Shown here one piece after another: positions 1 through 11,376 of a stretch of 64,000 nucleotides of DNA; the stretch's first letter is position 1; each line of letters starts with the position of its first letter. The notes beneath the pieces were generated by a model that saw only the letters and a list, made by a program, of their open reading frames with translations, was not told the origin of the DNA and did no database searches. The translations under genes were made by a program, and so were the position numbers. Source of the stretch: an uncultured Phycisphaerales bacterium (GTDB lineage: Bacteria; Planctomycetota; Phycisphaerae; Tepidisphaerales; Tepidisphaeraceae); contig CAWJPJ010000007.1 of assembly GCA_963844715.1 (NCBI GenBank), positions 448,001-512,000 of the forward strand, in the 5' to 3' direction.

Positions 1-494
1 AGGCGAAGTCGCGCAGGAGCGGGGACCAGGAAGATGAGAACCACCATTGCGGGGAAGAAGCGGAAGACGACGTTTCTACCGAGGACCGAGAGGATGCAGC
101 CGAGTACGACGAGCACGGCCCCCCCGTGCCAGAAGCTTTGGATGCCGCGGTAGAAGCCGAAGGATCCGAGGGCCCAGCCGATGGCAATGACGATCGGCCC
201 GATATATCGGCCGGCGGGGCGGCAATGGCGCAAGCGCAGTGCGGCGCACCCAGATCAAATACAAAGCGATGATCGGGACCAGGAAGATGTGGCTGTTTTC
301 CTCGTCTTTGCTGGCGATTTCGTAGATGTCCTGCCAGGCGGGAAGGGTGGCCAGGACGCCGAGCGTCGCCATCCCGGCGGCGAGAAGGAGATGGGCCAGC
401 GTCAGGCGATCTTCCTTCAGCAGCTTCTTGCGCGGATGCCCAGAGGCGCTGGGCGCTGCGTGAAGCGATCTTCCTGGAGGGTCGGCGTCGTCAT
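1..494 (-). CDS. Exosortase (EpsH family), N-terminal part; frameshifted and running off the window edge
   Basis: Hydrophobic protein with 'AWQDIYEIASKDEENSHIFLVPIIALYLIW', matching the exosortase N-terminal W...Y/N-S-H-x-x-L-V-P motif; sits at the end of an EPS operon. Confidence 0.7.
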
Positions 495-515
495 AACACG
501 TCTCAACAAGAACAA

Positions 516-2393
516 TTAAGCGGCGTCATCCGGCGTGACGCATTGATCCACGGTTTTTCGATCTTTTCTGACGGTCGCGTTGGGCGCCACGAGCGATCGG
601 ACCAGCACGGCGCCGGCTTCGACGGTTGCGCCGGCGAGCACTACTGAATCGTGCACTCGCGCCGTGGCGGCGACGGTTGCGCCCGGTTCGACGATCGCGA
701 AAGTCGATCTCCAATCCTCGGCCAGGCCTTCAAAGCCGGCGGTTCGCATCTGTCCGTCGGTGCGATGCAGGTCGCGCAAGGCGGCGACATAGTCCGATAA
801 AGTGCGGATTGGCGCGTCCGGTGCGCTGCCTTCGCTGCAAAACGCGCACGTCGTATTGCGCGGCAATTGCAGGCAGAGCCTGCTCTTTCATATCGACGAA
901 CCCGACATTGGGGATAAGCCGCAACGTCCTACAAGTCAGGAGCATGATGCCGGTGGGGGTGCCATCGCGGTGGGCGACAATTCCCACGTCGCCGCCGGCG
1001 CCGTGCAGTTCAACGAGCAGGTCGGTGAGGGGTTCCAGCAATATTTGAGCGGCGTTGGCGACGAGGATGAGGTCGTCATCGGCGTATTCCCTGGCGAGCG
1101 CGGCCAGGAGGCCGCCGGTGCCGCGATATTCGGACGTGTCGCGCTCGATGCGGAAATGTGCGGATGCGGGCGGTGCGCTTTGGGGTTCGACGGCGTGCGG
1201 ATCGACGAGCAATCGCACGGGCAAGTTTTCGATGCCGACGAGCTTTGCGACGGTGGCCGCATGATCCATCCAGCGGGTGATAACCGTCGCGGAATTTCCG
1301 GTGGGGAGATCCATAAGGCTGCGATGGATTGCGGACGCCAGCGGGCCGGGCGCACCGAGCCGCCGAGCAGGACCAAGCCGCGCAGGCGGGCGAGGGATCG
1401 GGGCGCGGCGGATTGGGCAGTGGAGCGCGCGGCGACGGGGACCGATGGAATCTCAGTCCGCGGGACCGAAGCGGGCGCGGGACGCGGAACGGCGGGAAGG
1501 GGCTCCGGGGGCGCTTCGGCGTCCATGACGGGCTTTTTCCCGGTGAGGCGATTGGGGATTCCGGTGGCAGCGGCGCCGACGAGCATGGCGGCGGCGAAAG
1601 GCATGCCGACCATGACATAGCGTTTGAAGAGGCGTTTGGGCTCCTGGGCCAGGCGATGAATCCATTCCAGACCGTATTTTCGCATCCAGAGCGGGGCGCG
1701 GCGGACGTCGCCGCAGAGAAAGCTGAAGCTGACGCCGACGCCGAGCCACCAGGCGCGGGGCATGGTGTGGCGGATGCGATCGATGATCTGCTCCTGCTTG
1801 GGAGAGCCGAGGCCGACGTAGACGATGTCGGGAGCGGCCTCGCGCAGAACGGTGATGACGTGCTGGAGCTGGCCGGGGTCTTTCTCGAAGCCGCGTTCGG
1901 GGCAGAAACTTCCGGCGATTTTTAACTGCGGGTACCGGTCGTGAAGGATATCGGCGGCGGCTTTGGCGGTGCCGGGATCGCCGCCGAGGAGGAAGATCGA
2001 TCGGCCCTGTTGAGCGGCGGCGGCGCTGAGGCTGGAGATGAGATCGGAGCCGGCGACGCGCTGCGGGAGCGGCGTTCCCTGCAATTTGCTGGCCCAGACC
2101 AGGGGCATTCCGTCGGCGACGACGAGATCGGCCTCGGCGAGGACGGCGGCGAAATGTAGATCGCGGCGCGCGCGGCGGAGGTGATCGACGTTGGGCGTCA
2201 CGACGACGCCGCCGCGGCCGGCGCTGAGACGATTGAGAAGATAGTCGATGCAGCGTTGTTCGGTGATGGCGTGGATGGTTACGCCGTGCAGGACGATGCG
2301 CGGGAGGGCCGGCGCGGGAGTTGGAGAGGCGGGGATGGATTCGGGCGCGGCGGCAGCGCGGAGGGGGCGGAGGGCACGGGGCCAGACTGCCAC
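516..2393 (-). CDS. WecB/TagA/CpsF glycosyltransferase fused through a Pro-rich linker to a degenerate sugar-nucleotidyltransferase plus left-handed beta-helix domain (2 apparent frameshifts)
   Basis: ORF 936..2393 has VVTPNVDH, ADGMPLVWAS, RVAGSDL, VGLGSPKQE and GLEWIHRLAQEPKRL. It continues into GLVLLGGSVRP, then ORF 730..1314 (YRGTGG) and ORF 516..866 (hexapeptide-like ARVHDSVVLAGATVEAGA). Confidence 0.75.
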
Positions 2394-2743
2394 TGAATGT
2401 CGCTCTCACGCACGTACACTTTGCCCCTGCCTTTTGTCCGGGTGGACGGTCCTCATTGCAAATCCCACGACGCGTCAAAACGAACGTGCCACTCCCCCGC
2501 CGTAGCGAGGCAGTTTTCCGTTCCTCTTTGGCATTCCATGCTCCCGGATCCGACAAACGGCGAACGCACGAGCGGCGGGAAGCAATATGCTCATTTATGC
2601 TCCGGAAAGCAACCGATAAATGGGTCCATGAATCACGCCGAATGACTGCAAACGGCACATCCAGTGGGCGCAGTGTCCCCGTCAATCCTTTATCGACGCG
2701 TCATTTGAGCGTCATAACAAAAGGCGGGGGCGTATTTTCCGCT

Positions 2744-3685
2744 TCAATCGACTTGCGCAGATGGGTTCCAGAGGGGAAGCTGCTTTTCATTAAGAGCGGC
2801 GGTGGCGGCACTTTTGCCGCGCAATAGGCAGGCCCACTGATAATTGCGCAAAAATAGCCTGAATGACGGATCGTCGTAGCGGGGCTGATCCTGAATCATG
2901 CTTTTGAAATAGCCCCATAAATTGGCGATGGAGCCAATGACGACCGGAGGGTGGGCGAGGCGATAGACGGCGCTGGCGAGCATATAGAAGGGCCCGGTGC
3001 CCATGAAATATTGTCCGACTCCGTGGCGGACGCGGCCGGTCCACCAATTTTTGTGGCTGGTTCCCATGGGGCGAAGGTGGATGAAATTGAGATCGGGCGC
3101 GTCCCAGGAGACGGCGATCCAGCCGAGCATGCGGCAGCGATGTCCGTCGATGCCGTCCCACATGAGTTCGCGGACGAACCCGCCGATCTGCTGGAAGCAG
3201 CGGGTTCGATAGAACTTGATCATTCCGACGGAATTTTCGTCGCCGCATTTTTCGCTGATGAGGTTGCCGGCGTTTGGGCCGCGGAAATAGGGTTTTCCGC
3301 TGGCGGTGCCGATGCGGGGCTGGCGCTCCATGCGATCCATGAGGGACTGAAAATATTTGGGGGGGAGTTCGAGATCGAGATCGATTTTACAGACGTAGTC
3401 GAAGTCGTTGGGATTGATGGTTTCGTAGCCGTGGTAGAAGGCGTCGATGACGCCGCCGCCGAGTTTTCGGAAGCCGCGGTCGTCGCGGCGGAGGATTTTG
3501 ATGAAGGGGTATTTCGCGGCGTATTCGGCAAGGATGGCGGGGGTTTGGTCGGTGCTGCCGTCGTCGACGATGAGCCAGAGGGCTGGGGGTTCGGATTGAG
3601 CGGCGACGGTGTCGAGAGTTTTGCGCGCGAAATCCTGCTCGTCGCGGCAGGGGGTGATGAGGCAATATCGGCGGGCCTGAGTCAT
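2744..3685 (-). CDS. Glycosyltransferase family 2
   Basis: LITPCRDE, IVDDGSTD and DLD motifs; ATG at 3685 overlaps the upstream TGA. Confidence 0.85.
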   Translation of the reverse strand: MTQARRYCLITPCRDEQDFARKTLDTVAAQSEPPALWLIVDDGSTDQTPAILAEYAAKYPFIKILRRDDRGFRKLGGGVIDAFYHGYETINPNDFDYVCKIDLDLELPPKYFQSLMDRMERQPRIGTASGKPYFRGPNAGNLISEKCGDENSVGMIKFYRTRCFQQIGGFVRELMWDGIDGHRCRMLGWIAVSWDAPDLNFIHLRPMGTSHKNWWTGRVRHGVGQYFMGTGPFYMLASAVYRLAHPPVVIGSIANLWGYFKSMIQDQPRYDDPSFRLFLRNYQWACLLRGKSAATAALNEKQLPLWNPSAQVD

Positions 3686-4929
3686 GGGATGTTCATGGCC
3701 TGTTTTAATCGGGATTCGAGGCGATCGACATTGGCGGCGAGGGAAAATTCCGCGACCACTTTTTGCCGGCCGGCGGCGGCGAGATTTTTGCGAAGCTGCG
3801 GATCGCCGGCGAGCTTGGCGAGGGCCTCGACCAGGGCGGGGACGTTGCCGCCGGGGACGAGAAGGCCGGTGGCGCCGTCGTCGATGAGTTCGCGTATGGC
3901 GGGGAGATCGCCGCTGACGACCGGGACGCCGCACGCCATCGCTTCGATGAATACGACGGGGATTCCGTCCTGATCACCCTTTGCATCGGGGCGGCAGGGA
4001 AGGGCCAGGACGTCGGAGTCGGCAAGAAGTAGCGGGATTTTGGAATTGTCGACGTCGCCAAGCCATTCGATTTCGACGGAATGCATTTTGGCACGGCCGC
4101 GGAGGCGGCCCTCTTCCTCGCCGGAGCCCGCGACGGTGAGTTTGGCGGCGACTTTCCGGCGGTTGAGATCACCGAAAGCTTCGATGAGCGTGTCGACGCC
4201 TTTTTTTTCGACCAATCGGCAAATGGTGGTGATTCGGAATCGATCCGACGGGGTTGAGCTTTCGGCGGGGCGCCAATCGCCGGTTTCCACGCCGCAGCGA
4301 ATCAATTCGCATTTTGTCGAAATGTCGGGGGTGATGGATTGATACCAGTTCTGGTGCCAGCGACTAATGCACGCGACGAAGGCGCATCGCTGAAGTTTTC
4401 TAAGCAAAATGGCGCGGCGTTGGAATAGATCGTTGGCGTGGCCAGTGAAGCTAAAGGGGATCGCAAGCTGCCGGGCGGCGTACATGCCGACGGTTGTGGG
4501 AGAGTGGGCGAAGTGGCAGTGAATCCATTTGGTGCCGGCCTTGCGCAGACGGCGGGCGAGCCCGAGAGCGGCCAGGGCCTGGAGAGGGAGTTTGATACGA
4601 GTCAAGAAATTGGTCGCCTCGCCGGGGTCAATCGCGTCGCGGAAGGATGTAAGCAACGTGTTGATCGATCGAATGGGATGCGAGAATAATTCCCTGACGA
4701 TGTTCCCGAGCGTATCGAAGAGTCCGGCGCCGTAGACGACGATGCGGGATTCAAAGAGGTCTTTGAGTTCGACGGTTGGAGGCGGGGCATCGTTCAGGCT
4801 GACCGTGACGATCTGCCAGCCGCGGCGGCGCATTTCGCGGACTTCGCGGTAGACAAACGTCTCGCCGGGAAGGGGGAATTTCGCGGCGATGTAGGCGATG
4901 CGCCCGGGATGGGTGGAGGTGTCGGGCAT
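3682..4929 (-). CDS. Glycosyltransferase family 4 (WcaL-like)
   Basis: ETFVYRE, HCHFAH, CRLVEKKG and DGIPVVFIEAMACG motifs. Confidence 0.85.
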   Translation of the reverse strand: MPDTSTHPGRIAYIAAKFPLPGETFVYREVREMRRRGWQIVTVSLNDAPPPTVELKDLFESRIVVYGAGLFDTLGNIVRELFSHPIRSINTLLTSFRDAIDPGEATNFLTRIKLPLQALAALGLARRLRKAGTKWIHCHFAHSPTTVGMYAARQLAIPFSFTGHANDLFQRRAILLRKLQRCAFVACISRWHQNWYQSITPDISTKCELIRCGVETGDWRPAESSTPSDRFRITTICRLVEKKGVDTLIEAFGDLNRRKVAAKLTVAGSGEEEGRLRGRAKMHSVEIEWLGDVDNSKIPLLLADSDVLALPCRPDAKGDQDGIPVVFIEAMACGVPVVSGDLPAIRELIDDGATGLLVPGGNVPALVEALAKLAGDPQLRKNLAAAGRQKVVAEFSLAANVDRLESRLKQAMNIP

Positions 4930-5459
4930 TAAGCGACGGGGGTTGACTGCGTTTTGGGAAGAATGACGCGAGCAGGCACGCCTACGGCGGTGGCGCCCGG
5001 CGGGACATCGGAGAGGACGACGGACATCGCGCCGATTTTGGCGCCGCGGCCGACGCGCACGCCGCCCAGTACCTGGGCGTAGGCGCCGAATTCGACGTCG
5101 TCTTCGATGATCGGTGGCGGGCCGTCGTTGGTTCGGTTGCCGATGGTGACACCCTGCCTGAGCGTGCAATTGGAGCCGATGACGGCGTCACGATGAACGA
5201 AGATCATTCCGAAATGATAAATGCGCAAGCCGGGGCCGATGCGGCTGCTTCTGGGGAGACTGATTCCCGTCAGAGTCTCGACGACGCGGAAGACGAGCCA
5301 ATAGAGCCGGCTGCGGACTTTTCTGCAAACGCCGGGTTTGGCGGCTTCGATGCGGCGGCCCCAGCGATAGACGGCGATGGCCCATACGGATTGCTCGCGC
5401 AGCAAGGCTCGTTTGGGATAGCGTGCCAGATCGGCGGCCAGATCGGGGTCGCGGGTCAA
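4929..5459 (-). CDS. Serine O-acetyltransferase-like hexapeptide acetyltransferase (WcaB-like)
   Basis: IGPGLRIYHFG, NCTLRQGVTIG and GAKIGAMSVVLSDVPPGATAVGVPA; probable TTG start overlapping the upstream stop. Confidence 0.8.
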   Translation of the reverse strand: MTRDPDLAADLARYPKRALLREQSVWAIAVYRWGRRIEAAKPGVCRKVRSRLYWLVFRVVETLTGISLPRSSRIGPGLRIYHFGMIFVHRDAVIGSNCTLRQGVTIGNRTNDGPPPIIEDDVEFGAYAQVLGGVRVGRGAKIGAMSVVLSDVPPGATAVGVPARVILPKTQSTPVA

Positions 5460-6634
5460 GCCTTGACCTCCTTGGGCGCGGCTTCCAGCGGCAGGGGCTT
5501 GGGCGCAAGGGGCAGGGCAGCGATGGGAGCGGCGGATTTGTATTCGATCAGGACGGCGCGACGTCCGGCGTGGTGATCCTGCCGCCAGCGCCATTGGCCA
5601 TAAACGGCGGCGAATTTTCCGATCATGGTAAAGACGGCCCAGGCGAGGCTGAGTTCGAGGTTGCGTCCGCGGCGACGAGCGTCGGCGGCGAGCTTCGCGC
5701 ATTGCGCCGTCCACGCCGCGATGCCCAGAAGCGCCAGCAGACCGCCGGCGGCGAAGACCGTCCAATCGGTCAGGGGCGCGACGATGATGGTGAAGAAAAG
5801 TGCGACGGCGATAAACGCGGGGATATACAGACCCCAAATGCGTGCGCTGCGCACTTGCGAGGCGAAGAGACGATCGGATTGGCCGAAGCGAGTGAAGACG
5901 TCGATCGCGCCGTAACCGCCACGGACCTGGCGGCGCCAGAGCTGGTAATATTTTCGGATCGCTGAATCGTGGAGGGTCATTTCGGCGTCGATGCGCCAGA
6001 TTTTCCAGCCGGCGTTGCGAAGGCGCAGGCAGAGTTCGGGTTCTTCGCCGGCCATGACGGAGGAATCAAACGGGCCGACCTGCCTGAGGGCGGCGATTTT
6101 CATCATGGCATCGCCGCCGCAGCTTTTGGCGGGACCGACGGGGGTGTTCCATTCGAGATCGATGAACTGATTATAAACGGAACTGTCGGAGTGCAATTCC
6201 CGGCGGCGTCCGCAAACGGCGGCGAGATCTTGCCGGGATTGAAGGTAAGCGCGTGCGGCTTCCAGCCAGCCGTCGATGACTTCGCAGTCGCCGTCGATGA
6301 ATTGAACGAAAGAGAGGTCGGGAGCGACCTGGGCGAGTTTTTCCAGGCCGGCATTGCGGGCCCGGGCCGCGGTGAAGGGTTGGCGGGTATCGAGATAGAC
6401 GACGTGAGCGCCTGCGGCAGTCGCGATGCTGGGGCTGCCGTCGTGGCTTCCGGAGTCTACATAAACGATGGCCGCGACTTTTCCGGCGAGCGAGGCGAGG
6501 CAGCGCTTGAGGCGATCGCCCTCGTTGCGGCCAATGGCGACGACGCCGACGTCGGCCAGTTCGCCCAATCGAGGAGAGGGCGTCACTTTGGGGAGCGGCT
6601 CGGTGAGGCTATGGAAGAAATCGATGTAGCTCAA
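5456..6634 (-). CDS. Glycosyltransferase family 2 with C-terminal transmembrane helices
   Basis: AIGRNEG, YVDSGSHDGS, FTAARARN, FIDGD and GEEPEL motifs. Confidence 0.85.
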   Translation of the reverse strand: MSYIDFFHSLTEPLPKVTPSPRLGELADVGVVAIGRNEGDRLKRCLASLAGKVAAIVYVDSGSHDGSPSIATAAGAHVVYLDTRQPFTAARARNAGLEKLAQVAPDLSFVQFIDGDCEVIDGWLEAARAYLQSRQDLAAVCGRRRELHSDSSVYNQFIDLEWNTPVGPAKSCGGDAMMKIAALRQVGPFDSSVMAGEEPELCLRLRNAGWKIWRIDAEMTLHDSAIRKYYQLWRRQVRGGYGAIDVFTRFGQSDRLFASQVRSARIWGLYIPAFIAVALFFTIIVAPLTDWTVFAAGGLLALLGIAAWTAQCAKLAADARRRGRNLELSLAWAVFTMIGKFAAVYGQWRWRQDHHAGRRAVLIEYKSAAPIAALPLAPKPLPLEAAPKEVKA

Positions 6635-7689
6635 GCCGATCGTGGACCAGGAGAATTTCCGCGCGCGAGGGCGCGGCGGTCGGCGATTTGCGCGGGGGTA
6701 TTGGCCTGAAGGGCGGTCTTTAAGCCGGCGACGACCTGAGCGGGGTCGGAGCCATCGACGAGGATGGCGCAGTCTTCCAGGGTCCAGCGCGTCACCTGCC
6801 AGTCATGGGTCACGATGGGCAAACCGGTGGCGAGGGCTTCGAGATAAGCATTGGCGGACGATTCCTCGCGGCTGGTGTGAAGAAACACATCGGCGCAGCG
6901 ATAGAGCGCGGGCATTTGCTCGCGCGGGATGGTGAGGCGCAGGAATCGATCGGGAAGCAGACGCGCGGCTTCAGATTCGATCTGGTCCTTGCATTCGCCA
7001 TCACCGGCGACGACCAGGAAAAGATCGTCTACGCGAGAGACCGCCTGAATCCCTTCTACGAGGCGCTTGGAGGGGATGAGGGCGCTGACCATCAGGGCGA
7101 TTTTTCGATTTTGCGGGAGGCCGAATGCGGTTCGATCGACCGGGCCGGGGCAGAAGCGATCGGGATTGACGCCGTTGGGAATGAGGGCGGAGGGAAATCG
7201 CCCGCGATGGCGCTGGAAAAATTGCGGGTTGGTGCAGACGAGCGCGTCGCAATTAAAGAAGCCGTATTCGGCGTCGTGGGCCTGGAGCATCCAGTCGCCG
7301 TTCTGGGTGATGAAAATGTGCTTTGGGCGATGACCATGGCGGCCGCGGCGCAAGACCCAATTGACGAAGGGGTAGGAGCAGGCGACTGTGAAATCGAAAT
7401 TTTCGGGGTGATATTTGCGTAGCAGTCCGACGGAAAACGAAAGTTCCTCGTAGGCGTAATGGGTTCGCAGCGGAGGGAACTTGGTCCAATCGACGAAACG
7501 CTCGCGCGGGGTGCAGGGAACGTATTCGTAACGGTAAAGCTCCCCATCGCGGACCGAGCCGGAGCCGAAGAGGGTGACGTCGTGGCCGAGTTTGGACCAT
7601 TGCCTGGCGAGTTCCTCGAACGCGGTTTCGGCGCCGCGAACCACGCGGTGGACGCCGGGGAGGGCCATGGCAATTCGGTACTGGTCCAT
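6631..7689 (-). CDS. Glycosyltransferase family 4
   Basis: RGAET, IPNGV and EESSANAYLEALATGLP motifs. Confidence 0.8.
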   Translation of the reverse strand: MDQYRIAMALPGVHRVVRGAETAFEELARQWSKLGHDVTLFGSGSVRDGELYRYEYVPCTPRERFVDWTKFPPLRTHYAYEELSFSVGLLRKYHPENFDFTVACSYPFVNWVLRRGRHGHRPKHIFITQNGDWMLQAHDAEYGFFNCDALVCTNPQFFQRHRGRFPSALIPNGVNPDRFCPGPVDRTAFGLPQNRKIALMVSALIPSKRLVEGIQAVSRVDDLFLVVAGDGECKDQIESEAARLLPDRFLRLTIPREQMPALYRCADVFLHTSREESSANAYLEALATGLPIVTHDWQVTRWTLEDCAILVDGSDPAQVVAGLKTALQANTPAQIADRRALARGNSPGPRSA

Positions 7690-7699
7690 AAAGGGAATC

Positions 7700-8669
7700 T
7701 TACCTTTTTTGAGCCGCGGGCCATCTTAGGAGCAGATTCAGGATATCGCGTTGGACGGCGAATTCCGGGGTGTCCTGTTTTCCGCCGAGACGGAGTTTGA
7801 GATAACGGAGGCCGAAGCTGGCGATATCGACCAGGCGGATAAACATTTCCGCGAGGCGTCCGTAACAGCGGCGCTGGAGCTGATAGCGGGCTTGCCAGGA
7901 AAAGGCGTTTTTGTGTTTCGCGGCGAGGCGCGAGGCGTCGCTGGAGGCGGAGCCGAGATGGATGGCGGCATGCGCCGGGGTCGTAGCGGACGCGCCAGCC
8001 GTGCTTCCAGGCGCGATGGCAGAATTCAGCGTCTTCGCCGTAGAAGAAGAATCGTTCGTCGAGAAGACCGAGGCTTTCGAGAGTTTGCCGGCGGATAAGC
8101 ATGAACGCGCCGCCGACCCAATCGACATCGCGGGCGAGGGTTTTTCGGTCCCAGCCGGGCTCGTCGAGATCGGCCCAGGAGAAGATGCCGGGGATAAGCC
8201 AGGGGAGTCCGAGGCTGTAGGCGGCGAGTCGCGCCGGAGTGGGGAATCGCCGCGCCGTGTTCTGAACGGAATGATCGGGATTGAGGAGCATGCAACTCAT
8301 GACGCCGATGGTCGGATCATTTTGCATTTGCTCGACGCAATAGCGCAGGACGTTGGGTTTGAGGACGGCGTCGCTGTTGAGAAGGAGGACGAACTGGGCG
8401 CGGGGGTGGGATTGCCTGAGGGCTTCGATGCCGAGATTGCTGCCACCGGCAAAACCGCGATTGACGGGGGACGTCACAAGCGTGATCCAGGTCCATCCGT
8501 AACGCTGGATGGCGGAGCGGAGAAAGGAGACGGAGTCGTCGCCGGAGGCGTTGTCGACGAGGACGACGCGGGTATCGGGGACGTCCTGAACCTGCGCGGC
8601 GACGCTGGTGAGGCTGTTGAGGGTCACCTGCGGGGTGCGATAGTTGACGATGACGATGCCCAGGCTCAT
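7700..8669 (-). CDS. Glycosyltransferase family 2 (rhamnosyltransferase-like), one frameshift
   Basis: IVNYRT, VDNASGD, NRGFAGG, LLNSD and FFYGEDAEFC; C-terminus continues in ORF 7700..8128. Confidence 0.8.
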
Positions 8670-9987
8670 GCGCCTCTCCCTGAGGAAACTAATATGGGGG
8701 GCGATTTTTCCCCGGACGACGCGGCGTGCTTCTCGACGGCTTCAATGGTCCACTCAGCGCGGCGGCGATACCAGTTCTCAGCCGAATGATACTCCGCGGC
8801 GGCGCGCGCGGCGCGAGCCAATTCCGCTAATCGCATGGGTTGACCCTGTAGTTGCACGAGAATCTGGGCGGACTTTTCGATCTGGTTCAAAGGTAGGGGC
8901 AGGACGGCGTGTTCCTGATCGGAACGTTCTCGGACGTAGTCGATGTCGAAGGCGAGAAGCGGGAGGCCGGCGGCGTAGGCGTCGAAGATCATGCGCGGCG
9001 TGTCTTCGGCGATGGGGGTGAAGAGGAGCGCATCGCATTCGCTCAAACGCCGCAGAAGATGGTCGTCGTAAGGGGCGGCGCCGAGGAATCGGACGGAGGG
9101 GGCTACACCTAGTTTGGCGGCGAGGTCTTCGAGTCGCTTGCGCTCGGGGCCATCGCCGAGGATATCGAATTGATAATCGGCGCCCTGGGCGCGGGCGGCG
9201 GCGAGGATTTGCAGGCTTCGATCGACGCCTTTGCGTCCTACAAGCCGGCCGCAATAGACGAGGCGGATTGGGCGCGGGGATTGCAGGGTCGCCAAGCCAG
9301 CTTTTCCAGGGCGTCGAGCGGAACAATTTGGGCGGCCGAGTACGAAGTGTCGTGAAATTCATGCGCGTTTTTGGCGAATCGGCCGTATCGGCGAATGAGG
9401 GAGGAGCCTTTCAATAGGGAGAGATCGGCGCGGGCGACGGACCAGCGGCACATGCGCTCGTAAATCCACAAATACGCGCCGGATTTGGTTCTTTCGACGG
9501 TCGGTTGATTGGCGAAGATTTGGCGCTGTTGGATGACGTTGTCGGTGTCCTGGACGAAGACGGTTGCGATGTTGCGGCGGATGCCGGCGCGAAAGCCCTC
9601 GAAGGCGATAGGGCGATAGACGTCGTCAACGCCGGCATGAACGACTTGCGCTCGCGGCAGAAGGGACGCGAGATCGGCTTGCCAGCGGGCGCGCTGGCGG
9701 AGCCAGAATTCGCGGGCGCGGCAGCGCTTGTCGAAGCTGGGTTTTAAGATCAAGCCGTCCGTCGTCGGGGGAACTTCCACGAGGGTTTGCTCGGTTGTCG
9801 CCTGCGAGGTGGGAAGGCTGGGGGCGATGAGGGCGACGGGACCGAATCGTCCCTGGAAACTATCGCGGAGCAGAATGAGGGAGCGATGCCATTCGGTGGT
9901 GAGCAGTGGGCGGCTCGCCGTCGAGGTAGATGGGAACTTGGATGGGGACGAGATACATGATTGATAAGGGCGCCCGTGCGCCTTCAT
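8666..9987 (-). CDS. Glycosyltransferase family 4, frameshifted
   Basis: C-terminal GT-B domain YCGRLVGRKG...EDTPRMIFDAYAAGLP (ORF 8666..9295); N-terminal half lies in ORF 9238..10533. Confidence 0.7.
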
Positions 9988-11376
9988 GAGCCGCCCGGGG
10001 CCGTTTTGAGCGGGAGGGCGGCGGGTTTCGCGTGACGCATCGGGGCCCGTGCGGTTTGCGGTTCGCGCATGGAGAAGGTGAGTCCGCAGATTCCGCCCGC
10101 GCCCAGGACGAAGATCGGGTTGATCATGGCATTGAAGAGATTGTCGCACATATATAGGCCGCAGAGTACGGCCAGCGCCGCGGCTGGGGCCGCGCCGGGG
10201 TGAATCCAATAGGGGATTGGAATTTGTTTCCAAAGGACGAAGATCGGGAGGATCATCGCCAGAGTCAGGGAGATGAGGCCAACGAGGCCGTTGTGACCCG
10301 AGCGCGATGATCCAGAGGGCGTCTGGAACGCCGATGCCATTGCCTTGGGCGTCACGCTGACGGAAGCGGTCCCACCCGGCCCAGCCGAAGATGGGTTGTT
10401 CCATCGCTCTTTGCACGAACGGTCCTTCGGAGAAAAAGCGGACGCGGAGGGAGTCGGCGCGGCCGGCGTTTTCGTGGCTGATGGCGTCGATGAGCCCTTG
10501 GCCGGTCCAAATTCCGGTGCCGCGGACGAACATATACGTTGGCGCGGCCAGAGCAATGATGAGGATCCAGATCGGCCAGCGGGTTCTTTCCGTGAGATAG
10601 AGGCGCGGTGATGCCCATCAACATAAGGACCAGGGCGCCCGTCGAATGGCAGAAATAAGTGGTCAGGAGGAGGACGAGAAAGATCAGCCACATCGGGATA
10701 TCCCAGACGGCGCGGATGAGTTTGGAGCGCCAGAGCCAGAAGGCGGTGATGGTGCAGGCGGCCATCCAAAGTCCGACGGCGAGGCCATGCTGCATGAAGA
10801 CGGTTGGGCGGAAGCCGGCGTCGCGTTTGGATTGGTCGAAGGCGAACTGGTAATAGCCGTAGACAATGTAATGAAGCTGCGGACTAAAGCGGATTTCGTA
10901 CCAGCAGAGAGGGCGCGTAAATCATGCCGCCGATGAGGACGCCCATCGCCAACTCGCGCAAGCCGGCGAGATCGTTGAAATAGACGCGCCCGATGAAGTA
11001 GGGCAATCCCCAGTCGGTGGTTTGATAGGAGACGGCGACGATGCCGTCATAGGGACCCAATCCGTTGGTGATCGAGGAGAAGAACGGGACGATGCACCAG
11101 ATGAGCATGGGGAGGTCCCATATTCGCGGGCGGAAGGCGAAGAGGGTGCGGCTGTCAAAGATGAAAGCGGAAATGATGCACGCCGAAGCAGGCGGCGGAC
11201 ATTTTGTTGTAGTCGGGGATGCCGTCGAGTTTGAGGTGCGACATCGGGAGGAAAAGCCAGGCGATCAGGAAGGAGAATATGACGGCTCTGCGCGGGGGAA
11301 GAACGGCGAAGAGGACCAGGACGAGGGGAACCCAGCCGAAAAGGGCGACGTAGACGAGTGCATTTCCCTCGATCAT
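9984..11376 (-). CDS. O-antigen ligase/Wzy-like polysaccharide polymerase, several frameshifts
   Basis: Polytopic membrane fragments (AWLFLP, WGLPYFIGR, RPTVFMQHGLAVG, PIFGWAGW) in consecutive frames. Confidence 0.7.

Noticed and set aside
2394..2743. Sigma54 promoter in the EPS locus gap
   Set aside because: TGGCACG is present on the minus strand, but the -12 TTGC is missing at the required spacing.
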